Assembly (NCBI RefSeq): GCF_006345805.1
Contig: NC_043017.1
Coordinates: 24,242,001-24,306,000 of the forward strand
DNA length: 64,000 bases
Direction of reading: 5' to 3'
Source: Octopus sinensis
Lineage: Eukaryota
The position numbers and the translations under genes were made by a program. The notes beneath the pieces are model-generated. The model did no database searches. It saw only the letters and a program-made list of their open reading frames with translations, and was not told the origin of the DNA. Positions 1 through 13,682 of the stretch are shown piece by piece; the stretch's first letter is position 1; each line of letters begins with the position of its first letter.

Positions 1-788
1 GTCAATTTTTGGAGGACACTCTGTATTATCATTTTTTGGGGACACCCTGTATTATTATTTTTTGGGGACACCCTGTATTATTAGCAAAGCAGCAAGCTGG
101 CAGTACTGTTAGTACACTGGGCAGAATGCTAGAGTGGCATTTTGTCCGTCTTTACATTCTGAGTTCAAATTTCACCAAGGTTGACTTTGCCTTTCATCTT
201 TTCAGGGTTGATAAGATAAGCACCAGTTGAACCCTGGGATTGATGCATTCAACTTAACCCTACTGCCAAACTTATTGGGCTTGTGCCAAACTTTGAAACC
301 AACACATGTATGCTTTAAGGCAACGAGCTGGCAGAATTGTTAACCCACCAGGCAAAATGCTTCGTGGCATTTTGTCCAGCTTTATGTCGCAAGGTCAAAT
401 TCTGCTGAAATTGACTCTGTCTTTCACCCTTCCGGGGTTGATAAAATAGGGACCAATTTTGAGCATGAGGTGGGGGGAATCAATGTAATTGACTTACCCC
501 TTCTCCAAACTTGCTGGCCTTGTGCCAGAATTCGAAACCAATATATATTTATTGATGTGTGGGGGGGGGGTGTCAAATGATGATGATGATGATGATTGAA
601 ACAAAGAGAGAAAACAGAGGCAACATATGAATGTATTTGAAAACATTTGAATATGAACTTTTAAATGTTAGTACGTATATGTATTTCTATGTATCTATAT
701 ATGTGTGTGTGTGTGTATGTTTGTGTATATATATGTGTGTATATATGTATAACTATGTGCATGAATTTCACATACATAACCATGCAAA

Positions 789-819
<31 letters not shown>

Positions 820-2844
820 AATCATGATGCTTTTCCCAATGAAGGTGTGTGTGTAATAGAGAAAGAAGGAAAGAAAAATTGTCTTGACTCTTTACTTTAA
901 TATCATCAGAAATATGAGTAGCTTCACGTGGACACACACACACACACATGTATCAAGGTGGAAGATATCCGAGATGAGTGAAGTAGGCCATACAATATTT
1001 AACACATGGTCTGTAAAGGTTCCCCCTCCCAACTGGTGCGAGATCAATAGACACCAGAGAACAGCCTTTCAATGATGTACATGTTTTCATAGTTAAACAC
1101 TTTCCTTAAGGTAATATTTGATCAGTAATATATATATAACAACAACAACAGCAACAACAACAACAACAATAGCAACAGCAATGGTTGTAGTAGTAGTAGT
1201 AGTAATAGCTTGTTCCCAAGCAATTAACATGAGAAGGCTAAATCAGTTCAGAATAAGAATATATATATATGTACATATTATTATTATTATTATTATTATG
1301 TTCTGAGTTCAAATTCTGCCATAGTCAACTCTGCCCTTCATTCTTTCGGGGTCAATAAATTAATGGTACTTAATTTATCAACCCCAAAAGGATGAAAGGC
1401 AAAGTTGACCTCGGCAGAATTTGAACTTAGAACGTAACGGCAGATGAAATACCACTAAGCATTTCGCCCCGCGTGCTAACGTTTCTGCCAGCTCACCGCC
1501 TTAAAGCAAAATCAAACTTGGCAGGATTTGAACTCTGAACATAAAGACGGACACAAAAATTAACTATAATAATATCATAACTTATTCTCTAATATATTCT
1601 ATTGATTTATGACTGGGTATGATACATGCTGTGGTTTGGTTTTTTTATATAATCAGGGTACAGTGCATGCGTGTAGTGTATTTTATGTTTTGTTTGTGAT
1701 TTTTTTCTCTTCTAGGTGTTCAAAATTCCAGAGTTTGTGGGTGTGTACTCATTGTCATAATGTTCTGCTGTTTGGTCAACTAAAGTGTTTAAGATTCTTT
1801 TGTTAGGGAGTATCTATTTATTTATTCATTCTTACTTTATTTTTTATTTTTTTATAGATATCCGGTATTGAAAGTGAAAATCTAAAAGAGTCTTATCAGA
1901 AAGGATTTTACGCCTGTCACTCTTTATATCTCTGTTGACTTCAGCTATCTCTGTATCTATACAGTTAGTTGTCCAGTTGTGTTAATGCATATGCCTGTAC
2001 CGTATGAATCATTCTCTAAAAACCCAATTTTATATCTAAAAGTAGAACAATTGTATCACCTGAATTTATAACTGAACTGCCCAGTCTTCCAAGGTCCCTT
2101 CTTGCCCCTGTTGTATCTGCTGGCTCTTGGGCCACTTCAGCACAATCAGAAAACGTCGAGGGGCATCCTGGGTGAACTAGGATGTGGGAGTTGTGTGTTG
2201 GCATAAGCCAACAATGTCACTGTTGTGGTGTTGAAAAGCAAATACATTGAGATAATAAGCACCATATCGGGGGAAATGAGAAGTGGTATCAGGAGCAAAA
2301 ATTAACCAGAAAAAGTTGTTGGCTGTATTAATAGACCTGAACACCTGGAGCTATTCGGGCCCATACTATTCAGCTGCATTGTTGGGTGCATAATGGAGAC
2401 CAGTACCAACTAATTCCTTCATTTCCTTGCCGTTAGTCTCAGTTGGTTAGCCAGAGCAAGAACCCAAAAATTTCTCAATCAAAATAGGCTCAGGTGTAGC
2501 TGTGTGGTAAGGAGCTTGCTTCCCAACCATATGGTTCCATATTCAGCTTCATGGCATGGCACCTTGGGCAAGAGTCTTCTACTATAGCCTTGGGGCGACC
2601 AAAGCCTTGTGAGTGGATTTGGTAGACAGAAACTGAAAGAAGCCTGCTGTAAATAATATAATATCATACCCTATGATATTATATTAATCTCTTCTTTTCT
2701 TACTTTAAGACTTAAAAATACACACTACCTTCTCTCCTTATGTTGGATTGATGCCTTCTATAACTGACTCTTTTTGTATATATACTATCAGTTAATGGTT
2801 TGCAGTCATTATCTCAATATGCATTTCTAATCAGTATATCTTTA

Positions 2845-2935
2845 CTACCTCTGAAGAGATTCATCTTATAATGATTTTAATTTTATAAATTAATTATCTA
2901 AAGATTACTGATTCGAAACAGCTGTCAGAGATGTT
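2845..2935 (+). ncRNA. Type I hammerhead ribozyme-like motif (Penelope-type)
   Basis: CTGAAGA 2851-2857; GAAA 2915-2918; palindromic stem III ACAGCTGT 2918-2925; GUC cleavage triplet; imperfect stem II and weak stem I; AATAAA ~25 nt downstream, then (TA)n. Confidence 0.55.
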
Positions 2936-3057
2936 GTCATTTTACAATTAATAAATAATATTTTATAAATTACTTCTCCATTTCCTCCTTATTCTTTATA
3001 TATATAATACATATGTGTGTGTATGCATATATATGTATATGTACATGTATGTGTATA

Positions 3058-3109
<52 letters not shown>

Positions 3110-3645
3110 TATACACATACATGTACATATACATATATATGCATACACACACATATGTATTATATATATAAAGAATATATATAGATAGATAGATAGATAG
3201 ACAGACAGATAGATAGACACATATATAGATATATACATATATACATATACATACATAGATATGTATAAATATATATTTATATATATATATATATATATAT
3301 ATGCATGTATGTATATACATATTTATTCTTTGTTTACTTATTATATACATATATAAATATGCATATATAGGGATAGATATATATATATACATGACGGCTG
3401 CAAACTTGTGTTTGAGTATTGCCGTCACCTGATCAAAAGTCCCACACACGCAAAGGCTACAACCGACCCTTTTTGTGATAGGTCTTCCTCTTTTTCTTTC
3501 AAGCGATGCCTTGTGCATGATGGACATTTTGTAGTGGGGGAAAGAATTTGCACAAATCCAATCCCACTTTCTCTGGATGTGGTCCAAGATTGTCTGGGTG
3601 CATAGCAACAGCACCAGCTGAGATGCATGAGGGAGCAATACTTTC

Positions 3646-3733
3646 CTTCATCATCATCATCATCATCATCACCATCACCATCACCATCATCATCACCATC
3701 ATCATCATCATTACCATCACCATCATCATCATC

Positions 3734-3764
<31 letters not shown>

Positions 3765-3861
3765 CCATCACCATCACAATCACCATCATCATCTTCATCA
3801 TCATCATCATCATCATCATCACCACTACCACCACCACCACCACCACCACCACCACCATCAT
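3646..3861. repeat. (CAT/CAC)n trinucleotide microsatellite
   Basis: Seen directly. Confidence 0.95.
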
Positions 3862-4312
3862 TTAAGGTTTGTTTTCCATACATGGGTTGGACAGTTTGAC
3901 AGGATCTGGTGAGGTACTGGTCTGCATTGTGCTCTGTGATTACCTTCAATATGGAGCGCTATGGCTGGGTGCCCTTCCTAATGCCAACAACCACTCTACA
4001 GTGTGAACTGGGTGCTTTTATCTTTTTGTCTGTCCCCAACACCTGTGGAGTTACTCGTCAGGTTTACACTGTGTGAAAAACACAAGGCAGGATAGTTATG
4101 ACTGGACAATTTTCATCGTAGGTCCGTTTAGTTCAACTGACCTGGGGCTAAACAACAACAACAACAACACCAAACAACCATCCCCTGTAATTGTATGCGA
4201 ACCATAACTAGATTGGATTACATTAAAACAACTCTTCAGTATCTCTTGGCTGTCACATTTCACCGTTTCATCAATCTCAATTTGACAATATACTTAGAAA
4301 CAACAACAGCAA

Positions 4313-4313
<1 letters not shown>

Positions 4314-4348
<35 letters not shown>

Positions 4349-4467
4349 TAGTGGTGGTGGTGGTGGTGGTGGTGGTGGTGGTGGTGGTGGTGGTGGCGGA
4401 GGCGGTGGCGGCAGCGGTGGCGGCAGGAGCAGTATCAGTAGCAGTAGTAGTAGTAGTAGTAGTAGTC
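4314..4467. repeat. (GTA)(GGT)(GGC)n compound microsatellite
   Basis: Seen directly. Confidence 0.95.
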
Positions 4468-4542
4468 AGAGCATAAAACAAACTGTGGTGATATAAATAT
4501 GTCTAAAGGAAGTGTGTAGAATGTGTCTGTGAGGGTGAGAAT

Positions 4543-4581
<39 letters not shown>

Positions 4582-4848
4582 CGGATACATCTAAGTGGCT
4601 CTGTGAGAGTTTCTAGAGGCTATTCAACAAGCGATCGTTGGATGGAATCAATATAGAAACTTGGACAACTGACCAACACAGCCCAACAAAAACAAATAAA
4701 AATAGAAGTGTTTACATTCAGCTGCGTGTTCATATGTACACACAGCTCATATATATACACATATATATATATATATAAATACACATATATGTACACATGC
4801 ACACATACACATGTATACATACACATACTCATATACAAATATTCACAT

Positions 4849-4880
<32 letters not shown>

Positions 4881-4947
4881 GTAACCATGCATATACACTT
4901 GTGCAAAAATTAACCACATACAATGATGAATACTGAGATACTCAGAA

Positions 4948-4982
<35 letters not shown>

Positions 4983-5114
4983 TATATAATGTGAGAACAA
5001 AGAAATGGATAGACACAATGATCTGTTCAGACTTGTAGACAAATGCAAAAACATATACATGTGCATATATATATAGATATATATAGATATAATATATGTG
5101 TTTGTGTATATATA

Positions 5115-5190
<76 letters not shown>

Positions 5191-5352
5191 ATGTGAGAAC
5201 AAAGAAATGGATAGACACAATGATCTGTTCAGACTTGTAGACAAATGCAAAAACATATACATGTGCATATATATATAGATATATATAGATATAGATATAT
5301 GTGTTTGTGTATATATATTATATATTACATATATATATAGATAGATAGATGT

Positions 5353-5403
<51 letters not shown>

Positions 5404-5900
5404 GATAATTAGATAGATAGATAGATAGATGTAGATATATATAATGTGTGTGTGTGTATGTATGTGTATATATATATGTGTGTGTGTGTGTGTATATATG
5501 TGTGTGTATGCCTAGCTCTCAGTCCCCAATCTTGTCCTCACAACCCTGTTCCTCTATATCGTTGCTATACAGTAACCCCCACCCCACCCTGACTGTATAT
5601 ATACCCAGGTTTTTTGCCACTCATTCTTCATCCCCTCCGCACCCTTTAATCACACTTCCTTCACAATATCCGGCCACTTATATTGTGGCATTTGAATCTC
5701 AAGGGTATGCCCTGCTCTTCCTTTACTCAACCATCCCATTTATATTCTGATCCCCGTCCCTTGTCAGTATGCCCAGCATCTTGCCACCATCTTCATCCTG
5801 CTGTTTCCCACTCTCTCTCCTTCTTCTGCACCTCCCTCAGTTTGGGTAACCATGTATGTCTCTTTTGTTGTAGCACACCTGTTTCGGTCTGCATTCCTGA

Positions 5901-5933
<33 letters not shown>

Positions 5934-7508
5934 GTCTCTCCATCTCTCTCTGGCCGGGTAACCTTGTACCTCCTCTACACCAAGGCACATGTCTCTGTCT
6001 CTCTGTCTCACTATAACCTTTCATCATCCAACACAAAGTCACCTCCTTCAATGCCTCTTCCCCTCTTGAAAGTTTTTTTCTGTCTTGCAAGTACTTGGTG
6101 ACCCTGTCAGTGCAGGTGCCACTTAAAAGCACCCAGTCCACACTGTAAAGTGGTTGGTGTTTGGAATGGTATCTAGCTGTGAAAATCTTGCCAAAACTGA
6201 CCTCACTTGTGCTTGTGCCACATAAAAAGCACAAAGTCCACTCTGCTGAGTGATTGGTGTTAGTAAGGGCATCCAGCTGTAAAAATGCTACCAAAACAGT
6301 TACAGAAGTCTGGTGCAAGCTTCTGCATGGCCAGCTCTTGTGAAAGCATCCCACCTGTGCTAGCATGGAAGACATACATTAAACGATGATGATGATGCTG
6401 GAGACACATAAAGGGCACCCATACTGGTGACGTGTAAAGGGTGCCTGTGCCTGTGACACATAAATGGCACCCATGCCAGTGACACATAGAGAACACCCAC
6501 GACATCCAGCTGTAGTAACAAAGCCAAAACTGTTGACTAGAGCTTAGTGCAGTGCTCCAGCTTGCCAGCTCCAGTCAAACAATGAAACCAATATCAGCAT
6601 GGAAAATGATGATGATAATGATGATGATGGTGATCATATATATATAAATGCATGTGTGTTTTTTTCAATGTTTACAAATAACATGGAAAAAATAAATAAA
6701 TAGTTACCAGGGTAGCAAAAGTTCATACAAGTACCAAGGATGTAACAACCTACTTATAGAGATAGAAACTCTAGGTTTAGGTGAGGTTTAGGTTCTGTCG
6801 TCAGTAACCCATGTTTCAGCAAATAACAGTTTAAACTAAACACTGACAGCATCAATATCACTGTTCTCAGATCACCTTCGAAAAGCCAGGGTATTTCCTG
6901 ACTATTCATTCAGGCCTAACAAATAAAATACACACACGTTCACAGACACACACACACACATATATATATTTATGATGGGCTTCTTTCAGTTTCCGTCTAC
7001 CAAATCCACTCACTTAGCCCAAGACTATAGTAAATGACACTTGCCCAAGGTGCCATGGAGTGGGACTGGACATGGAACCATGTTGTTGGGAAGCAAGCGT
7101 CTTACCGCACAGCCATGCCTGCACCTATGATACTTGACCAATTAAACACCACCACCACCATCCATCACTACCAAGTCTGGGCCTGGTGCAGCCACCTGGC
7201 TTCCCAGACACCAGTTGAACCGTCCAACCCATGCTAGCATGGAAAGCGGACGTTAAACGATGATGATGATATATATATATATATGTACGTATTTATATAT
7301 ATATACATATATATACATAAATATATATACATATGCAAAAACATACATACACATACATATATATATATATATATATAATATATATATATATAATATATAT
7401 ATATAATATATATATATATTATATATATATAATGTGTATATGTGTGAGAGTTCTTTAAAGTACACTTGGCTAACATATACATATAAATATATATATATAT
7501 ATATATAT

Positions 7509-7669
7509 ACCGGAGTAAACACATAAATGTGAAACAAGGTGGAAAAAAGAGTACTCAAATACCAGTGGTAGAATAATATGCTTTATTTAAAGCAGCAGAA
7601 AATTCAACAAAACCTGTTACTCTGAGTTTCCCGTTGCCGTTCATCGGCAACAGGAAACTCAGAGTAACA
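7509..7669 (-). mobile_element. Penelope-like terminal remnant with a hammerhead-like core inside a 25-bp fold-back hairpin
   Basis: Minus strand reads CCGATGA-ACGGCAACGG-GAAA-CTCAGAGT-A-ACAGG; hairpin 7615-7669; the 3' end abuts (TA)n. Confidence 0.5.
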
Positions 7670-7673
7670 TATA

Positions 7674-7712
<39 letters not shown>

Positions 7713-8940
7713 ATACTCACACATGCACACTCAGATATTCACAATAATCGCACGCACACCAAATAAAAAGCTATTTCTCCCTCTAAAATGGCCTGTCTTT
7801 GCATCCTCGTCATGGTTCACTTAATGTTGTATTGTTTCCCAGCTTGACCAATTTAACACCACCAGCCACCACTACCACCATCCTCAACTACCACCACCAC
7901 TACCACCCACTACCACCATTCACTAATTTCTCCCATTCTACCACCTGTGGGCTAATTAAACACTAATGACAATAGTCTAATCATTTATTGAAATGGGATA
8001 TATAGGGCAGTGGGGTTTTGACTGGGACATTATCTTGTGGCTGTGTGACTAAGAAATTTGCTTCCCAGCTCACATGGGTTTCAGGTTCAGCCCCACGGTA
8101 AAGCAACTGGGGCAGAATGTCTACTACTATAGCCCCAGGCTGATCACAGCCTTGTAAGTGGATTTGGTTGACATGAAACAAAAGAAACCCATCATACACA
8201 TACATACATACATACACACATACATACATACATGATGGTGGTAATAGTGGTGATAGTGGTAGTGATGGTGAAGATGATGATGTCTATCTGAAAGTATGAT
8301 TGGGTGACCGTACATCAGAGTGAATCACTCCAATGTAAGCCTGTCTGATCGCCTTACGTAGAACTCCTGTTGTCTAGGGTGGGGGAGAATGAATCATCCC
8401 CTTCACATCATCAGGCAAAGCTGTATGGCTAAGAAGCTTGCTTTGCAACCATGTGTTTCCAAGCTCTGTCTCACATCACAGCATCATGACCAAGGGTCTT
8501 CTGCTATTGTCCCAGGGAGAGCAATGTCTTGAAAGTGAATTCAGTGGATGGAAAATGTGAGGAATCCCTGTTGCATATATATGTGTGTATGTGTGTGTAT
8601 TTGTGTCCCCCCACCACTTGATAACCAATGTTGGCTTGTTTACAGTCCTCCCCACATAACATAGCTGTCCAGCAAAAAGGGACCAAAAGAATAAGTGCTG
8701 TGTTCTTAAGCAAAACATTTAATTTCACGTTGCTCCAGTTCACTCAGCTGTAGAAATGAGTTGCGATGTCACTGGTGCCAAGCTGTATTGGCCTTTGTGT
8801 TTCCCTTGGATAACATCAGTGGCATGAAGAGGGGAAGCTGGTTTTGAATAGGTGACTGCTGGTCTTCCATAAACAACCTTGCCCAGACTTGTGCCACAAG
8901 GGTGCAATCCCATTGTCATTCATGGCAGAAGGGGGTCCTT

Positions 8941-9151
8941 ATATACATACATACATACATACATACATACATACATACTTGCATGCATACATACATATAT
9001 ACATACATGCATTCGTGCATACATACATGCATGCATACATACATACATTCATACATACATGCATGCATACATACATACATACATACATACATACATACAT
9101 ACATACATACATACATACATACATACATACATACATACATACATACATACA

Positions 9152-9203
<52 letters not shown>

Positions 9204-9220
9204 AATACATACACATATAT
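8941..9220. repeat. (TACA)n microsatellite; a similar tract at 10120-10341
   Basis: Seen directly. Confidence 0.95.
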
Positions 9221-9900
9221 ACAATGCCCATTCACACAGCTTCCATCTATTATATTCACTCCCAAGGTATTGTCAACCCAGGTCTATAGTAAAAGTATAG
9301 TACCCAAAGTACCACACAAGCACACAATGGGACTGAACCCATATGATTGCTACATGATTGCAAAGTAAACTCCTTAACCACACGGCCATGCCTGCACCAA
9401 AAGAAATCATTTCAAAATTTTTTCTCTGATTCAGTTGGTTTCAATTTCAAATTAAATTTCAAGCTGCTCATCAGCTTTACATTATACAAATTCAATAACA
9501 TACTGGAGAGAATTAATTGCATTGGTCAAAAGTTAAAGTTTATTGATTATTGTGGGATTTTTTTCTCAGACAGATTTACAGATTGCTGCTATTAAAATGT
9601 ACAGGTTACTGCTAAAAATACATTAGCAAATTTTTGTTTTTAAACCCAAAGTCATTTTGATGCTTTTTGTTATATATATATATTTTTTTTACAGGAGTAA
9701 CTTTTTATTTTTAAACCTTCGTGATAATATTTCTAGCAAAAATTTGTTACCTCCTAAGTTTTACAATTCATTTGGGAAGAAACTTGAATTGACTGCTTCT
9801 ATTTTATTACAAATAATCCTTTCTTATTTTGGATGAAAGCCAGTAAACTTGAAGAGCAGGGACGTCAATTACATCAATCCCAGGGCTCAGCTGGTACTTA

Positions 9901-10106
9901 TGAGGGGATGTTGAAAAGTTCCTGGCTTTGGGGAAAAGAATATAGAGGGGGATCTCTTAATTATGATTTTATTCAACATATCCTCCTCTCAGATTCACAT
10001 GCTTATTGCAGCAGTCTGTCAGTTTTTCTAAGCCCTGTAAAAGAACTTGGAGGGTTGTGCCTCCAATCAGGCCTTTCAAAATATTCTTTTCAGCACCTCT
10101 TCCTCA
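9901..10106 (-). mobile_element. Mariner-derived MITE with TA target-site duplication
   Basis: Imperfect TIRs TGAGGGGATGTTGAAAAG / CTTTTCAGCACCTCTTCCTCA flanked by TA. The interior is a decayed mariner C-terminus. Confidence 0.75.
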
Positions 10107-10194
10107 TATATTACATACATAATATATATACGTACATACGTACATACATACATAAGTACATACATACATACATACACACATACATACATATGTG

Positions 10195-10226
<32 letters not shown>

Positions 10227-10609
10227 CATACATGCATACATATATACATACATGCATACATACATACATACATACACACATACATACATACATACATACA
10301 TACATACATACATACATACATACATACATACATACATACATACTCTTTTACTCTTTTACTTGTTTCAGTTATTTGACTGCGGCCATATGGGAGCACCGCC
10401 TTTAGTCAGACAAATCAACCCCAGGACTTATTCTTTGTAAGCCCAGTACTTATTCTATCGGTCTGTTTTGCCGAACCGCTAAGTGACGGTGACGTAAACA
10501 CACCAGCATCAGTTGTCAAGCAATGCTCGGGGGACAAACACAGACACACAAACATACACACACACATATATATACATATATACATATATACAACATATAT
10601 ACATTACAT

Positions 10610-11425
10610 ACATGATGGCCATCCACTCGTGATCGAGGAAGACCAATGCTGACCTTTAGGAACATTATGTGCTATAGGACTAACTTATATTTTGCATTTG
10701 TGGCCCCGTTGGTGGCTAATGAGCCCTGCTCTTGACAAGCATACACGACTGCAAACATTGCAAACCAAGCTTTCCCAATTCACTACACCAACAGTGTGCT
10801 TTTGAGCAGCATGCTGAAGTTCTTCATGCAGAATATGTGCTCTCTCTCAAAAGTGGCGACCCCTTCCTTAACCTGCTTCCTCCATCTGTAGCGATGACAG
10901 GCATTGCTCTCCCAGTCAGTCTCCTGCATATCACAGGTCCTTAATGAGGACTTGACACGGTCCTTCAATTGCGGCCTTCGTTTCTGCCAGGATTTCTTTC
11001 CATTCACAAGTCCCCCATATAGCATCTGCTTAGGGATTCTGCTATCCTTCATTTTTATAAGGTGTCCAGTCCAACATAACCGGTGCTTGTGCACCATCAC
11101 CTCAATACTCAAGATGTCAGCTGTCCTCAGGACCTGTGTGTCTGGAGTTTTTAAGTTCCAGCCAACATTCTGAATGTGTCTGAGACATCTCTGATGTAAG
11201 CATTCAATGATTCTTACATGACATCACATTAGTAAAGGAACGATGTCAGTACACATGCACAGTACACAGCAATTTTTGCTTGCTTTGTGATGCCATGCTG
11301 GGACCAGATACGAGACTGAAGAGACAGGAAGGAATCAGTAGCTTTCTGCAGCCTGAAAGATATTTCATCATCCAGGGAGCAAGAACGGCTGAGTGTACTT
11401 CCCAGGTAGATAAACTTGTCTACAA
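10610..11425 (-). mobile_element. RTE-clade LINE 3' fragment (post-RT region and 3' end)
   Basis: VVDKFIYLGSTLSRS..DDEI.FRLQKA and L.WTGHLIKMKDSRIPKQMLYG.L..GK...RWR motifs; broken frames. Confidence 0.9.
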
Positions 11426-11440
11426 CATATGTACATACAT

Positions 11441-11777
11441 CGTGCATGGACAGGATGCCCAATGTACTTTTGCCAAAAGGCAAGAGGCCGAAGCCAAGAA
11501 GCCAAACATACAAATGCCAAGTGGACATAAAGCCGAATGGATACAATGCCAAATGGACATACAGCCAAATGGACACAATAATAAAAAAGAACATTCTTAC
11601 CTACATAGTTTAATGACCAAATCACCAATTTGGTACTTAAGATTTAACAAGATTAAATTTTAATTTTCGTATGTCTTTTCAGTATCTTATCCATTTGGCT
11701 TGATGCCCATTCGGTATTGTGTCCCTTCGGCTTCTTGTCCTTCAGCAAAACTGCATTCAGCATCCTGTCCGTGTACC
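11441..11777. mobile_element. Long-TIR (foldback-like) MITE with internal GCCAAATGGACA repeats
   Basis: Imperfect ~55-bp TIRs beginning GGACAGGATGC; an array of short subrepeats in the left half. Confidence 0.7.
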
Positions 11778-11792
11778 ATATACATACATACA

Positions 11793-11960
11793 TGAGAGGG
11801 TGTTTAAAAGTTCCTGGCTTTAGATAAAAAAGAAAATACAGGAGGATCAGTTAATTATGACTTTATTCAACATATTCCCCTCTCAGATTCACACACTTAT
11901 TGCAGTGGTCCTTCAGTTTTGCCAAGCCCTGTGAAAGAACTTCGAAGGTTGGGCCTCCAA
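11793..11960 (-). mobile_element. Second, truncated copy of the mariner-derived element
   Basis: Homologous to 9901-10070; the minus strand reads QGLAKLKDHCNKCVNLRGEYVE*. Confidence 0.75.
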
Positions 11961-13303
11961 TTAACCGAACCAGATGGCTGCACCAGGCTCCAATCTGATC
12001 TGGCAGAGTTTCTACAGCTGGATGCCCTTCCTAACGCCAACCACTCTGAGAGTGTCGTAGGTGCTTTTACGTACCACCGGCACAGGGGCCAGTCTGGCAG
12101 TACTGGCAATTGCCATGCTCAACTGGTGTTTTTTATGTGCCACCTGCATAGGAGTCAGTCCAGCGGCACAGACAATGACCTCGCTCAAGTGTTTTGTTCA
12201 CATGCCACCGGCACAAGTGCCAGTAAGGCTATGCTGGTAGTAAGGCTATGCATGTATATGTGTGTGCATATGTGTGGCTTTGTTTTTCTCCCCGCCATCC
12301 CCACCACCACCTGACAACTGGTGCAGGTTTGTTTACATCCCTGCAAATTAGTGGTTTGGGGCAAAACACACCAACAGAATAAGCACCAGCCTTAGTTAAG
12401 TACTGGGGTTGACTTGTTTGATTAAAAGACTCTTTAAAGCAGTGCTCCAGCGTGGCCACAGTCCAATGACTAAAACAAGTAAAATATAAAAGACTAAAGA
12501 ATAAAGACAAAAGATAGAAGGTGTGTTCCTATATCAATTGATATCAGCTTCAATAGAAATAAAAATTCTCTGATTTTCTATACTCTAGAGCTAAAATTCA
12601 GACTTTGTGGCCTCAGCACTTTTGCCCTTCCTGTGATCTTTAATTACCAGATGTGTAGGTTATTGACATTTCAGGTAACAGCTGCTGCTAAGTCTGACAT
12701 GTTTGGCTAGAATCAGATGGGAGGCGAGTTTAAATTTCAATTAAATCAATGCTTTGTTACACGAAATGACATTGATAACTAGGTTAGCAGAGAATGTTCT
12801 GTCCTGTTCTGTCCTGTTCTGTTATGTAAACTTTGATGTTAGACAGCAGTTTCTTCAATGAGGATGGCTGTGGGTTACCAGCAACAGATGAATGGACAGC
12901 TTGTTTGGCTTCATGTTCTGTGTGCAAAACACTGAAATATTTCTTCCCCATGTTCATGACAGCAGCAGGGCATGTCAAAGGAAGAACAAAATCATCATCA
13001 TCATCACCGTCACCAACATCATCATCATCACCATCACCACCACCACCACCACCACCACCATCATCATCATTTAACGTCAGTTTTCCGTGCTGGCATGGGT
13101 TGGATGGCAAACCAGAGAGTTGCACCAGGTTCCAGTCTGATTTGGCTTGGTTTCTCTGGCTGGATGCCCTTCCGAATGCCAACCATTTTATACCATGTGA
13201 TGGGTGCTTTTAACATGGCATTGGCAAGAGTGCTTTTACACAGCCCCAGCACTTGTGCATCTTATGTGGAACCAGTGCAGGACTCTTGCAAAGCAGCAAC
13301 AGT

Positions 13304-13682
13304 GGAGGTGCAATGGCCTAATGGTTAGGGCAGTGGACTCATAGTCGGAGGATTGCGGTTTCGATTCCCAGAGCAGGCGTTGTGTGTGTTTATTGAGCAA
13401 AAACACCTGAAGCTCCATGAGGCTCCGGCAGGGGGTGGTGGCGACCCCTGTTGTACTCTTTCACTCCAACTTTCTCTCACTCTTTCTTCCTGTTTCTTGT
13501 CCCCGACTTCCTACGCAACCGCTGAGCCTGGATGCGCATTCATCCATCCATCGATGCTCTCGGTGTCGGGGGTTGACCTGGTTTCTCTTCTGCAGGTCTT
13601 ACGAATAGCAAAGGACCACGTTTTGGACTTCTCCAACTACATGGGATGAAGACCGCTACGCTCAACAAACAAGCAAACAAAC
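13304..13682 (+). mobile_element. Distinct tRNA-derived SINE with (AAAC)n tail
   Basis: A box TGGCCTAATGG, B box GGTTTCGATTC, no complete cloverleaf or CCA; ~300-bp body. A related head occurs at ~22783. Confidence 0.7.

Noticed and set aside
2016-2204. GC-richer ORF-like stretch
   Set aside because: No recognisable domain or splice structure; probably a decayed repeat.
9445-9485. Minus-strand CTGATGA...GAAA hammerhead candidate
   Set aside because: No stem I and no credible stem II.
9570-9604. Possible small + strand exon (TDLQIAAIKMY)
   Set aside because: Weak donor, no partner exons and no recognisable homology.
13304-13380. tRNA gene (also at ~22783, ~59407 and the family A heads)
   Set aside because: A/B boxes are present but there is no complete cloverleaf, and each continues into a SINE body and tail.
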